Below, in pieces: positions 1 through 9,805 of a stretch of DNA of 32,000 nucleotides. Numbering within the stretch: the stretch's first letter is position 1; each line of letters starts with the position of its first letter. A program made the position numbers and the translations under genes. Under the pieces are notes generated by a model. That model worked only from the letters and a program-made list of their open reading frames with translations, did not search any database and had not been told where the DNA came from. The stretch comes from Raphidiopsis brookii D9 (GTDB taxonomy: Bacteria > Cyanobacteriota > Cyanobacteriia > Cyanobacteriales > Nostocaceae): positions 30,001 to 62,000 of the forward strand of contig ACYB01000037.1 of assembly GCA_000175855.1 (NCBI GenBank), given 5' to 3'.

Positions 1-133
1 ACTGATTATCTCAGTCTGTCATTATTTTCTTGACGAGTAGATTGCTTTGTACTGTCTTTCAAACTATATTGTTTTCAAGGTTCGGGTGTGCTTGGGAGTC
101 GCTGTTTCTTGCGTCTCTCTCAGCCACTTAATC

Positions 134-162
134 AATATAGCGAACCTCTTTGAGAATGTCAA
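134..162 (-). promoter_or_regulatory. candidate sigma70-type promoter firing leftward toward the window edge
   Basis: Minus strand reads TTGACA (162..157), a 17-nt spacer, then TATATT (139..134). There is no ORF in the ~130 nt downstream inside the window, so the target is unknown. Confidence 0.35.
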
Positions 163-296
163 CTACTTTTTCCACTTTTTTTCTAAAAAAGTTTTTTGCC
201 AAAATCTTAGGGGCTGAATCCTTTACGGGTCAGGCATTTGAGCCACGGGTGACCTGTTGAAATCTCTGTTTAAGCTTGATTACATTTAAACAACTG

Positions 297-1190
297 ATGG
301 AAAATTCGATTAAAAATTTATTGGGTGTATTACCACCGGTTTTGTTGCTTGACCCCATGCTGCGGGTCTGGTTGATGGAAGATATTGGCAGGGGCGATCG
401 CACGACTCAAGCCCTATTATCCGATCGCCATACTATTGTACAAGCTAGGTGGGTGGCTAAAGCACGGGGGATAATTGCCGGGTTGCCAATTGCAGCTAGG
501 GTGTTTTACCTATTAAATGACAAAATCAATTTTGTGCCACTCAAGGCTGAGGGAGACCCGTGTCAATCTGATGAAGTAGTAGCAGAAATTACAGGGGCTT
601 GGGATGGGTTATTGATGGGGGAGCGGGTGGCACTGAATTTGGTCATGCGGTTAAGTGGAATTGCTAGTTTGACTAATATGTATGTGGAAAAAATAGCAGA
701 TCTGTCCGCTAAGTTTGTTGATACTCGTAAGACCACTCCCGGTTTGAGAATTTTAGAAAAGTATGCTAGTTCGGTGGGTGGAGCTATTAATCATCGTATG
801 GGATTGGATGATGCGGTGATGATTAAGGATAATCACATAGTGGCAGCTGGCAGTATTACTAAGGCTATTCAACAAGTGCGATCGCAAATCCCATATCCAC
901 TGACCATTGAGGTAGAAACTGAAACTATAGAGCAGGTTGAGGAAGCGCTACAATGTCAAGCTGACATTATTATGTTGGATAATATGTCTCTGGATATGAT
1001 GACCCAAGCAGTAAGTTTAATTCGTCAACAGGATAAACGGGTGAAAGTTGAAGCATCGGGCAATATTAGCTTAGAGACTATTCGTAGTGTGGCACAAACG
1101 GGTGTGGATTTTATTTCCAGCAGTGCCCCTGTAACTCAATCACGATGGTTAGATCTGAGTATGAGGATAGAGAGTAATTTAGATGACTAA
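297..1190 (+). CDS. nadC: nicotinate-nucleotide (quinolinate) phosphoribosyltransferase
   Basis: Full-length match to the NadC family pattern (LMEDIGRGDRTT, RKTTPGLR, MIKDNH, MLDNM). The ORF track starts at TTG 276; the first ATG is at 297. Confidence 0.9.
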   Translation: MENSIKNLLGVLPPVLLLDPMLRVWLMEDIGRGDRTTQALLSDRHTIVQARWVAKARGIIAGLPIAARVFYLLNDKINFVPLKAEGDPCQSDEVVAEITGAWDGLLMGERVALNLVMRLSGIASLTNMYVEKIADLSAKFVDTRKTTPGLRILEKYASSVGGAINHRMGLDDAVMIKDNHIVAAGSITKAIQQVRSQIPYPLTIEVETETIEQVEEALQCQADIIMLDNMSLDMMTQAVSLIRQQDKRVKVEASGNISLETIRSVAQTGVDFISSSAPVTQSRWLDLSMRIESNLDD

Positions 1191-1196
1191 AAGTGA

Positions 1197-2987
1197 CTAT
1201 AACTCCCTATCAGGAAGATTATAGGTCCAGATAGTTTGAGAACGGGCCATATTTAACCACTGATGGTCAGTGGTCAAATACCCAATTTCCGTCATGTACT
1301 CATGATGGGTTCTGGGAATGGCTAAGTAGTAATCTGACCCTGATTCCTCACACTCATATTCCTTAACCAAAGGAGGAGATTGAACACTCAGATCCAGATT
1401 GGTCACATCATAAAGTCTAATAGCTAGAATGTTACCTCCTCTCTTTTTTGCCAACTGGCGATCGCTCTCGGAAATGTACCAGTGAACATAGGCCCATTTA
1501 GCCGAGCGCGGTACAAAGACAATGGAGCTTCCGGTACCGATTTGAGAATTATTTGGGGGAATGTGATTCTCTATGACTGTTAGAGGAGGGTTGTTGACCA
1601 CTCCAACTGGTGCTTCCATATCCCAAACCAACTCCCCGAAATCTAAGCCTACCGCTTGATCAAAAACATCGGAGTCACTGGCAATTACTTTTTCCGTGGC
1701 GGAGTAATTAACTAGACTCTCATTACTATTCTTGTCCGTGTTGTCCGTTTCTTTCAGAATTCTCCTTTTGGCCCTTTGACTAGAACCTGATATCCCCTCA
1801 GTAGCAAGATTTTTCTTTCGTGGGGATTTTTTACTCATTAATAGCCAAAGTAAGAACGTTAGGACTATTACTAGAAAGAATAAACCAATTAACACTCCTA
1901 GGAGTTTTCCGTTTCCCACAACACTGGAAAATAGCCGACTAGCATAGCCAAAATAATTACCATTATTTATTCCTGGGGAGACAGAACTTGACAGCAGCCC
2001 ATTTTGGGAATAACTGGGAGCTAGAGACTCAGAACCAGGGGTGGAGTTTTGTGCCATATTTGGCAATGTTGCGACTGCTGACAACTCTTCTTCTTTGGCC
2101 TTAGATATAGCTTTTTTTCCTACTTGGGTGGTAGCAAGGTCAACAAAATTAATCACTATAGGATCTGAATTACGCTTGTAAGCATAAACCAGGGGTAATG
2201 AAAAGGGATATTTGGAATTATCGGGATAAGTACCCTGAATTTTGAGTATTCTTACCTGGGGAACTGTTTTTACTTGACTGACTATGGCATAACTGATACC
2301 ATCCTTACCCAATTGTTGGATAATTTCCGTAGTTTTATCTCGGCTGACAGTAAGATATTTATCACTATTACTAGTAAATTCGGGAAAATTGAACACTGGG
2401 TAACCACCGAGAGAACGGCGAGTTTCACTGGTCACAGAACGATCAATAAACCTAATTGCTGTGGGAGGCCCACCTACCTGAGACCAGTTAGTAATTTCAC
2501 CTCTAAATACCCTCGTAAACTCCCCAATCGTTAAACCACCCTGGAAGGGATTATCAACACCAACCACAACGGCAATTTTTTCCCTGGTTAGACGAACCTG
2601 CTTTAGTCCCTGGGCTTTTTCTGCTGGAGTCAGTCCCCGGGCGATCGCCGCTACATCAATTTTCCCGTTCAACAAGGATTTAATAGCTGCATCATTACCG
2701 CTTGTCCCTATTTCTACCTGAGTACCGGGAAACAGTTCCTCAAAGCTATTTTTTAGCTTTCGGTTGATCATTAACAATTTAATCGAACCATCAATTCTAA
2801 CCTTATTCTTGTTAGCGACTCTTGGTAACAGTTCCAAACCATTACTTTCCGTATTTGATTGTGCTAGTACTGGTGCAAAAAAGTTTGTTGTTAGCAGACT
2901 ACCACCCAAGGTTAAAAACAAGAATAATAAATTGCGTGTTAGTTTATTTGGACTGTTTAGATTATTCTTTTTACTTTCTTTTCGCAT
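1197..2987 (-). CDS. membrane protein: signal peptide, PstS/PhoT-like periplasmic binding domain, one TM helix, C-terminal DUF4912-like domain
   Basis: N-terminal hydrophobic signal ending in APVLAQS. PBP-like-2 pattern (IDGS..., GTSGNDAAIKSLLNGKIDVAAIARGL, IAVVVGVDNP, ITNWSQVGG). Hydrophobic stretch LLGVLIGLFFLVIVLTFLLWLLM. C-terminal segment WAYVHWYISE...LAIRLYDVT resembles DUF4912. ATG start at 2987. Confidence 0.7.
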   Translation of the reverse strand: MRKESKKNNLNSPNKLTRNLLFLFLTLGGSLLTTNFFAPVLAQSNTESNGLELLPRVANKNKVRIDGSIKLLMINRKLKNSFEELFPGTQVEIGTSGNDAAIKSLLNGKIDVAAIARGLTPAEKAQGLKQVRLTREKIAVVVGVDNPFQGGLTIGEFTRVFRGEITNWSQVGGPPTAIRFIDRSVTSETRRSLGGYPVFNFPEFTSNSDKYLTVSRDKTTEIIQQLGKDGISYAIVSQVKTVPQVRILKIQGTYPDNSKYPFSLPLVYAYKRNSDPIVINFVDLATTQVGKKAISKAKEEELSAVATLPNMAQNSTPGSESLAPSYSQNGLLSSSVSPGINNGNYFGYASRLFSSVVGNGKLLGVLIGLFFLVIVLTFLLWLLMSKKSPRKKNLATEGISGSSQRAKRRILKETDNTDKNSNESLVNYSATEKVIASDSDVFDQAVGLDFGELVWDMEAPVGVVNNPPLTVIENHIPPNNSQIGTGSSIVFVPRSAKWAYVHWYISESDRQLAKKRGGNILAIRLYDVTNLDLSVQSPPLVKEYECEESGSDYYLAIPRTHHEYMTEIGYLTTDHQWLNMARSQTIWTYNLPDREL

Positions 2988-3247
2988 ACCTTATTTACCA
3001 AAATGCTGTACTTTGCAGATCTGTCGAGATAGGTAGTTCATTAACCAACAACTTACAGGAAATTAACACACAGAGTTCACTTTTTGCCAATGTTTTTCTA
3101 GTTCTTAACAATTATACACTATATGGCACTTTTCCGACCCCGCAAGAATAATGATCACTCCCGGCACCTTTCGTGCTAAAATAAACACGCGAACTAGATA
3201 ATAAACCACCTTAGATATTCAGTAAAAATATCCTCTCACCAAAAGCC

Positions 3248-4336
3248 ATGAATCAGATATGCTGTCTGAATCCTACTTATGAATGTGATAATCCCCAAGT
3301 TCCAGACAACAATAGTTATTGCCCTACCTGTAGTATTCCTTTGGTAATATTGAAAAATCGTTATCAACCAGTTAAACGTTTAGGGGGCGGTGGATTTGCT
3401 AAAACCTACTTGGCGCTGGACACTCATAAATTAAATGAACCTTGTGTAATTAAACAGCTGGCACCTTCTTTAGGCAATCAAACAACACAAGCCTTAATCA
3501 AAGCTACAGAGTTATTCCTACAAGAGGCACAGCAACTACAAAAGTTGGCAGAACACACTCAAATACCTAGCCTATTTGCATACTTTGAAGAAAATCGACA
3601 GTTATATTTAGTAGAGCAGTTTGTTGATGGCAAAAATTTACTCGAAGAACTACAAACTGAGGGGGTCTTCAACGAAGCTAAAATTCGAGAGTTTTTGCAG
3701 GACTTATTACTCATCCTCCAGGAAGTTCATAAGCAAGGGATTATACACCGAGATATTAAACCGGAAAATATTATGCGTCGTCACAAAGATGGCAAATTGG
3801 TGTTGATTGATTTTGGTGCTTCCAAGGAATTACAAGGAGGAGCAACTTCAGGAACGCGGATTGGCACAGATGGTTATGCACCCTGGGAACAAAGAGTTGA
3901 TGGTGTAGCAAGTACCGCTGGTGACCTATATAGTCTTGGTGTAACCTGTTTTTACTTGCTTACTAGTAAAAATCCCTATGAACTTTGGCTTAAAGACGGT
4001 TACAACTGGGTGGCAAACTGGCGTAACTATTTAAATCAACCTTTAAGTCAGAAATTGCAGCAGATTTTGGATAAGTTATTAGTAGCTAGTTCTGATAAAC
4101 GCTATGGTTTGGCGGAAAAGGTACTAGAAGAATTGAGACAACCCTATAGTATTATCCCATCAAACTCTCCCAAAACAATAATATCACACACTGAAAAGCC
4201 CCAGCGATTCAGTTATATTCTAGCACTAATTAGTGTGTTTATACTAGGAATTGGTTACCTAGTAATAACCAAAAGTCCCCAATTTCAACCTAGAACCGAG
4301 CCAAATGTAATCCCAGAAACAGATAGGGGACTTTAA
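3248..4336 (+). CDS. serine/threonine protein kinase with N-terminal 4-Cys prefix and C-terminal TM anchor
   Basis: Four Cys in the first 30 aa (CC...C...CPTC). Hanks kinase motifs are present (GGGGFAKTY, VIKQL, HRDIKPEN, DFG, GYAPWE). C-terminal hydrophobic helix ILALISVFILGIGYLVI. Confidence 0.85.
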   Translation: MNQICCLNPTYECDNPQVPDNNSYCPTCSIPLVILKNRYQPVKRLGGGGFAKTYLALDTHKLNEPCVIKQLAPSLGNQTTQALIKATELFLQEAQQLQKLAEHTQIPSLFAYFEENRQLYLVEQFVDGKNLLEELQTEGVFNEAKIREFLQDLLLILQEVHKQGIIHRDIKPENIMRRHKDGKLVLIDFGASKELQGGATSGTRIGTDGYAPWEQRVDGVASTAGDLYSLGVTCFYLLTSKNPYELWLKDGYNWVANWRNYLNQPLSQKLQQILDKLLVASSDKRYGLAEKVLEELRQPYSIIPSNSPKTIISHTEKPQRFSYILALISVFILGIGYLVITKSPQFQPRTEPNVIPETDRGL

Positions 4337-4345
4337 TAACCGCAT

Positions 4346-5443
4346 CTAGCAACCAAAACTCGACAAAACCTGAGTAACAACATCCGTTGGTACCTGGTCT
4401 GTAACTAGAACCTTTCCTATTTGAGTAGGTAGGATAAATCTCACCTTACCTGATTTAACCTTCTTGTCTAATTGTAAGGCATCAATTAGTTGATTAATAT
4501 CTAAACCTGCTGGCAATTTAGTTGGCAGTCCAGATTTTTTGATAAGTGTATTTTGACGTTCTACATCCGATTTTGACCAAAGTTCTAATCTAACAGCAAT
4601 TTCCCCTGCCGCTATCATACCAATACCTATAGCTTCACCATGCTTAAACACTCGATATTTAGTGACACTTTCCACCGCGTGACCAATAGTATGGCCGTAA
4701 TTCAAAATTGCCCGGATCCCAGATTCTTTTTCATCTTGACTGACCACATTTGCTTTCGCTTCACAAGAATGAGTTAAGATATAGTTTATCAGGTCGGATT
4801 TTACATAGCGGAGCTGATCAAGGTGCTTGCTTGCTTCCAACTTAGCAAACAACTGGGGGTCCCAAATTACCCCGTACTTGATCACTTCCGCCATTCCCGC
4901 TCTGAATTCAGCACTGGGTAAGGTTTGGAGAACTTGAGGGTCAATTAGTACTAACCTGGGTTGATAAAATGCACCAATTAGGTTTTTACCATGGGGATGA
5001 TTAACCCCTGTTTTTCCACCCACGGAAGAATCAACCATCGCTAATAAACTAGTGGGGACTTGTACTAAATTAATTCCTCTTAGCCAGGTAGCAGCAGCAA
5101 ATCCCGTCATATCACCCACAACACCACCACCTAAAGCTACCATGGTAGAGTTGCGCTCTAATTTATGTTCTAAAGCCGTATCATAAATTTTTTGAATAGA
5201 GTTTAATGTTTTATATCGCTCTCCAGCTGGGAGATTATAGTGAACCACATCAAAACCAGCATTTTGTAAAGAGGCGATCGCCCGCTCTCCATAATGCTTA
5301 AATATGATGGGGTTAGAAACCAAAAGGGTCTTTTTACCTAGATTGAGACTAGCCATTTGTGAGCCCAGTTGATCCAGACCACCTGGTGCAACAATGATTT
5401 GATAGGAATTTTCTGGTATATCTACTTTAATTACGGAAGTCAT
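4346..5443 (-). CDS. aroB: 3-dehydroquinate synthase
   Basis: Full-length AroB pattern ([42 protein letters not shown]). ATG at 5443. Confidence 0.93.
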   Translation of the reverse strand: MTSVIKVDIPENSYQIIVAPGGLDQLGSQMASLNLGKKTLLVSNPIIFKHYGERAIASLQNAGFDVVHYNLPAGERYKTLNSIQKIYDTALEHKLERNSTMVALGGGVVGDMTGFAAATWLRGINLVQVPTSLLAMVDSSVGGKTGVNHPHGKNLIGAFYQPRLVLIDPQVLQTLPSAEFRAGMAEVIKYGVIWDPQLFAKLEASKHLDQLRYVKSDLINYILTHSCEAKANVVSQDEKESGIRAILNYGHTIGHAVESVTKYRVFKHGEAIGIGMIAAGEIAVRLELWSKSDVERQNTLIKKSGLPTKLPAGLDINQLIDALQLDKKVKSGKVRFILPTQIGKVLVTDQVPTDVVTQVLSSFGC

Positions 5444-5517
5444 CGAAAAACCCGGATATAATGGGAAATTATATATGATTGAATAGATTTAGTGAACTAA
5501 ATTCTGGAGCGAGATCA

Positions 5518-5610
5518 ATGGCCGTAGTAGAATATGTGGCTTTTTTGGCCGTGTTTACAGTTATCGCAGTGGGACTATTATTTGGTCTTCGTGCTGCTAA
5601 GATAATCTAG
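5518..5610 (+). CDS. petL: cytochrome b6-f complex subunit PetL (30 aa), absent from the ORF track
   Basis: ATG 5518 to TAG 5608..5610 encodes MAVVEYVAFLAVFTVIAVGLLFGLRAAKII. As I recall it, Nostoc-type PetL has the pattern ...Y..FLA.FT.IA.GLLFGLR.AKI., which this matches closely. A strong hairpin follows the gene. Confidence 0.7.
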   Translation: MAVVEYVAFLAVFTVIAVGLLFGLRAAKII

Positions 5611-5626
5611 CAAGCCTAAAACTTAC

Positions 5627-5672
5627 CCAAAACTACTCCAGTCTTGACTTAGGTAGTTTTGGTGTTTATTTC
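5627..5672. terminator. bidirectional stem-loop between petL (+) and bioB (-)
   Basis: 10-bp perfect stem CCAAAACTAC (5627..5636) / GTAGTTTTGG (5653..5662), followed by TGTTTATTT on the + strand. On the - strand the flank is GTAAGTTTTAGG. Confidence 0.5.
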
Positions 5673-5680
5673 CTAATTTA

Positions 5681-6655
5681 TTAAAGTTTACAAGGGGGAC
5701 GCATTTGCAAACCCAATAGCTTTAACATTTCCCCATCCGTGTCATAATCGGGACAAGGGGTGGTAACAGTCAACATTTTCTGGTCATCACTAGAAAAAAT
5801 TGAATTGGCACCCGCCATAAAACACAAAGACTGTTCCACAGGAGAAAGTCTAGCTCTTCCAGCACTTAAACGCACATCAGAGGTGGGCATAATGATTCTA
5901 GCAGTAGCAATCATCCGCACCACATCCCAAATAACAACTTCCGGTTGGTTGGACAGGGGTGTTCCTTCAACCTGAGAGAGAATATTAATAGGAACTGATT
6001 CAGGATGGGGTTCCAGACTAGATAGAGTATATAACATTCCCACCCGGTCTTCCACACTCTCACCCAGACCCAGAATACCACCAGAACAAACAGTCACATT
6101 AGTTGATCGAACATTTTTAATTGTATTCAGGCGATCGCTATATGTTCTAGTGGTAATAACACTACTATAATATTCTTCAGAAGTATCCAGGTTATGATTA
6201 TAAGCGTAAAGACCTGCGTCTTGTAATTTTTGAGCTTGATTGGCTGTTAACATGCCCAAAGTGCAGCAGACCTCCAGTCCCATAGAGGCTACATTTTTAA
6301 CTATATCCAAAACTTGTTCAAATTGGGAATTATCTCGTACTTCGCGCCAAGCAGCGCCCATACAGATTCGACTGACACCATTTTCCCTAGCTTTCTGAGC
6401 AATATTTAATACTGTTTCCTTAGCTAATAAAGCTTCTGGTTTGACCTCAGTTTTATAATAGGAGGACTGGGCGCAGTAACCACAGTCTTCTGGGCAACCA
6501 CCAGTTTTAATAGATATTAGCTTGCACACCTGTATTTGTTTAGGATTATGAAATTGACGGTGTACAGTAGCTGCTTGATAAACCAGCTCTAAAAGAGGTG
6601 TATTGTAGATAGCGAAAATCTCATCTTTTTGCCAATCGTAGCGTATTTGCGCCAT
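5681..6655 (-). CDS. bioB: biotin synthase
   Basis: Radical-SAM motif [11 protein letters not shown] and full-length BioB similarity. The likely start is ATG 6655 ([13 protein letters not shown]) rather than the 11-codon extension to 6688. Confidence 0.93.
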   Translation of the reverse strand: MAQIRYDWQKDEIFAIYNTPLLELVYQAATVHRQFHNPKQIQVCKLISIKTGGCPEDCGYCAQSSYYKTEVKPEALLAKETVLNIAQKARENGVSRICMGAAWREVRDNSQFEQVLDIVKNVASMGLEVCCTLGMLTANQAQKLQDAGLYAYNHNLDTSEEYYSSVITTRTYSDRLNTIKNVRSTNVTVCSGGILGLGESVEDRVGMLYTLSSLEPHPESVPINILSQVEGTPLSNQPEVVIWDVVRMIATARIIMPTSDVRLSAGRARLSPVEQSLCFMAGANSIFSSDDQKMLTVTTPCPDYDTDGEMLKLLGLQMRPPCKL

Positions 6656-6796
6656 TACTATCCTTTTACTATCCTTTATAATGAACATAAAGACACGGAA
6701 ATTTTAACCGTGGGATAGAAGTAGGGTAGCATCATCTACTGATTAATGGCAATTGGTAATAATGTAGAATGCAAGAAAACACCAAAAATCCCAAAA

Positions 6797-8247
6797 ATGA
6801 ACCCAGCTCAAACCCCAAATGATACAACCCCCCTAACCCTTTACATTCTCTCAAGTATGAATATAAATTAGAGTCATTAGGTAATGACTACTATGACGAA
6901 GTTGATGCAGAAGAATTTCCCCAACACATTTTACGCTGGCGAAATAATTCATTATTAGAACGTTTAGGAATAGACCATCAAATAATTACAGATCAAAACT
7001 TTATTGATAGCTTTGGCAAATTTGAAGGAAAGAAACCATTTTTAGCACTGCGTTATCATGGGTATCAATTTGGTGAATATAACCCTCATTTAGGAGATGG
7101 TAGAGGTTTTCTTTATGGACAAATTAGGGGTATGGATGGAGAACTATATGATTTTGGCACTAAGGGGTCAGGGAGAACGCCTTATTCCCGTGGTGGTGAT
7201 GGAATGCTAACCCTCAAAGGAGGGGTGAGAGAAGTTTTAGCAGGGGAAGCATTACACCGTTTAGGTGTGAGAACATCCCGATGTTTAAGCATGATTGAAA
7301 CTGGATTATCTTTATGGCGAGGAGATGAACCTTCTCCCACCCGTTCATCAGTTATGGTGCGTGTGAGTAAATCCCATATTAGATTTGGCACTTTTGAGAG
7401 ATTACATTATTTAAAACGCCCGGATTTAATCCAAAAATTATTAGATCATGTGATTGATCAATACTATCAAGATCTAAACAATCAGCAGGATAAATATGCT
7501 TTGTTTTATGCTGAACTGGTGAAGAGAGTAGCGGAGTTAGTGGCACAATGGATGTGCGCGGGTTTTTGCCACGGGGTTTTAAATACTGACAACATGTCTA
7601 TTACAGGAGAAAGTTTTGACTATGGACCCTATGCTTTTATCCCCACCTATGATTTAAATTTTACTGCTGCCTACTTTGATTATTATCGGCGTTATTGTTA
7701 TGGTCAGCAACCAAGTATCTGTTATTTAAATTTAGAACTGTTGCAAGAGCCATTAAAAGCGGTGATTGACCCAGTGGATCTGGATTATGGGTTAGCAAAA
7801 TTTCAGGAATACTACCATGCAGAATATGGGAATTTGATGTTGAAAAGATTAGGTTTCGCCCAAACCAAATTTCCAGAAGCTAATGATTTGTTAGATCTCA
7901 CAATTGGTTTTTTAAAAGAAAGTCAAATTAATTATCATCAGTTTTTTGCCGATATGGCAAACACATTTTCCCCCAGATGGTGTGAGGAACCTAGTTTAAT
8001 TATGGAGGAATCACAAATTTTGCCTCCTGTGAGGTCATCATCTGTTTTTAAAAAGTGGTGTGCACTTTATCATCAAGTCCTCAACAACTTGGTTTCCCAA
8101 GAAATGGCGAATGTTGGTACAACCTTGGTTCAATATAATCCCCAGTCTAATTTACTAAGACCAGTAATTGAAGAGACTTGGCAACCAATTGTGGAACAGG
8201 ATAATTGGCAACCTTTTTATGATTTGATCCAAAATTTTCATACCTAG
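6797..8247 (+). pseudogene. selO: SelO/YdiU-family protein adenylyltransferase (AMPylase/UMPylase), frame-broken near the 5' end
   Basis: The track ORF 7132..8247 carries the C-terminal three quarters. The conserved N-terminal part ([12 protein letters not shown]...[27 protein letters not shown]) is encoded upstream in the same frame from 6823, with no ATG, GTG or TTG. An ATG at 6797 lies in the adjacent frame and stops at 6869. The two frames meet at a C6 run, 6828..6833. Confidence 0.8.
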
Positions 8248-8256
8248 TATAACAAA

Positions 8257-8285
8257 CCGTACTGTCTAAACTTTTGACAGCACGG
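8257..8285. terminator. stem-loop between convergent selO (+) and the 75-aa gene (-)
   Basis: CCGTACTGTC (8257..8266) pairs with GACAGCACGG (8276..8285), giving a 10-bp stem with one A.C mismatch. T-rich flank CTATTTACCTTATTT. Confidence 0.4.
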
Positions 8286-8311
8286 CTATTTACCTTATTT
8301 ACTTCCAAACT

Positions 8312-8539
8312 CTACTCAGATAAACCTTGGCTAGCATAAGCATCCATACCATAAGCAGGGGTGCGGGTTTCATAATTAATTTCTTGACCGGTAATTGACT
8401 TAGCTAGTCTTGCAAACGACTCAGAACGCCAATTACGCTCATGGATGGGCTTGGTTTGCTCACCCATAAAATATGCTAGGGAACCAATCAACCCAGCTGC
8501 AACCCAACCAATAACAAATAATGCAATTAAGAGAACCAT
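8312..8539 (-). CDS. small single-pass membrane protein (75 aa), conserved-cyanobacterial type; possibly Psb35-like
   Basis: ATG 8539 is preceded by AAGGAG 8 nt upstream. N-terminal TM helix LLIALFVIGWVAAGLIGSLAYF, then a hydrophilic tail. The Psb35 assignment is from memory of the family only. Confidence 0.6.
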   Translation of the reverse strand: MVLLIALFVIGWVAAGLIGSLAYFMGEQTKPIHERNWRSESFARLAKSITGQEINYETRTPAYGMDAYASQGLSE

Positions 8540-8661
8540 TTGACCAACTCCTTATTGAATGAGTCTTTATTACTCTATGTAAACAAAGATAACAAAATAT
8601 TAAGAAAATTGTCAAACGGGTCTCAAGTGTGGTAACCGCCATTTAAGGTAGGGTTTGCTGG

Positions 8662-8687
8662 AAAAAAAGACAGGCTTTTTGCCTGTC
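8662..8687 (-). terminator. intrinsic terminator downstream of petA
   Basis: Minus strand reads GACAGGC-AAAAA-GCCTGTC (8687..8669) followed by T7 (8668..8662), 30 nt after the petA stop. Confidence 0.75.
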
Positions 8688-8717
8688 CCAAGAAAAAAGT
8701 GCGACCTAGCAGGGAAT

Positions 8718-9719
8718 TTAGAAATTCATCTCAGCAGCTTGTACTTTTTCTACTTGTTTTTTCTTCAGCACTAGCATTACCTGTGCCATCATGACTAAAC
8801 AGATAAAGGCAATTAGCCACACAACCCTAGAACTATCTTGTAAGACAATTTCTGCGTCTTTTTGACCAAAACCACCTACATTGGGGTTATTGGTTAAAGC
8901 ATCACCAGATGCTACAGTTTGTCCTTCAGAAACAATTAATTCCGGACCTGCGGGCACAGAGTCTTCTACCACATCTCCCGATGCAGTTGTGATGCTAACT
9001 ATATATTTGACATTACCATCTTCATCTTCGGTTTGAGCAATCTTGCTAATTGTCCCCGCAGCGGAAGCATTGTAAATGTTATTGTTGCTCTTTTCACCCG
9101 TGGGGTAAACTTGTCCACGTCCCCGATTTCCGCCAACATGAATGGAATATTTGCCAAAGTGGATATTTTTGTCGGTAGCAGGGTTAGGTGACAATACAGG
9201 AAAAACAATTTCTTGATATTCTTCCCCAGGTAATGGCCCAACAATAATTACGTTTTCTTGATCTTCCTTGTAGGTTTGGAATGGTAAATCCCCTACTTCT
9301 TCTTTGAGTTCTTCTGGTATGCGATCTTCTGGAGCAATCTTAAACCCTTCTGGTAACATCAATACCGCTCCAACGTTTAAACCAACCTTAGAACCATCCG
9401 CTCCTACTTGCTGTATGTTAGTATCGTATGGTATTTTGACCACCGCTTTAAATACGGTGTCAGGTAGTACAGATTGTGGTACTTCTACTTCTGTGTTCTT
9501 GGCAGCTAGGTGACAGTTGGCACAGACAATTCGCCCTGTGGCTTCGCGAGGTGTTTCAGGAGCAGTTTCCTGCGCCCAAAAGGGATAAGCAGCAGCATAT
9601 TGGGGTTGAACGAAATCGCTAGCCAAGAAAAATGTCACGGAGGCGATCGCTATTAGTAATGTATTTAACATTACTTTAGCAGCGCGAGCTAACCTCGCTG
9701 GTGTAAGGGCGTTTCTCAT
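8718..9719 (-). CDS. petA: cytochrome f (apocytochrome f precursor)
   Basis: Heme-binding CANCH after a signal peptide ending [10 protein letters not shown]-terminal TM anchor. Full-length PetA similarity. Confidence 0.95.
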   Translation of the reverse strand: MRNALTPARLARAAKVMLNTLLIAIASVTFFLASDFVQPQYAAAYPFWAQETAPETPREATGRIVCANCHLAAKNTEVEVPQSVLPDTVFKAVVKIPYDTNIQQVGADGSKVGLNVGAVLMLPEGFKIAPEDRIPEELKEEVGDLPFQTYKEDQENVIIVGPLPGEEYQEIVFPVLSPNPATDKNIHFGKYSIHVGGNRGRGQVYPTGEKSNNNIYNASAAGTISKIAQTEDEDGNVKYIVSITTASGDVVEDSVPAGPELIVSEGQTVASGDALTNNPNVGGFGQKDAEIVLQDSSRVVWLIAFICLVMMAQVMLVLKKKQVEKVQAAEMNF

Positions 9720-9746
9720 CTCTATAAAGTCATGTTTCGGTTTTAG

Positions 9747-9779
9747 TTAGTCAGTTGTCATTAGTCAGCATTGACTAAT
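9747..9779 (-). promoter_or_regulatory. TTAGTCA repeat cluster and 8-bp hairpin in the petC-petA spacer
   Basis: TTAGTCAG occurs at 9747..9754 and 9761..9768. ATTAGTCA (9760..9767) and TGACTAAT (9772..9779) form a perfect 8-bp stem with a 4-nt loop. Confidence 0.4.
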
Positions 9780-9805
9780 AATTAGTTACGCAGCACTTTA
9801 TTCTA

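Noticed and set aside
2274-3151. Plus-strand ORFs 2274..2534, 2764..3036 and 2822..3151
   Set aside because: These are shadow ORFs antisense to, or overlapping the start of, the 596-aa gene. They have a low-complexity, Leu/Phe-rich composition and no RBS.
8460-8642. 60-aa minus-strand ORF overlapping the 75-aa gene start
   Set aside because: It is in a different frame from the RBS-supported ATG at 8539, is Cys/Trp-rich and has no family resemblance.
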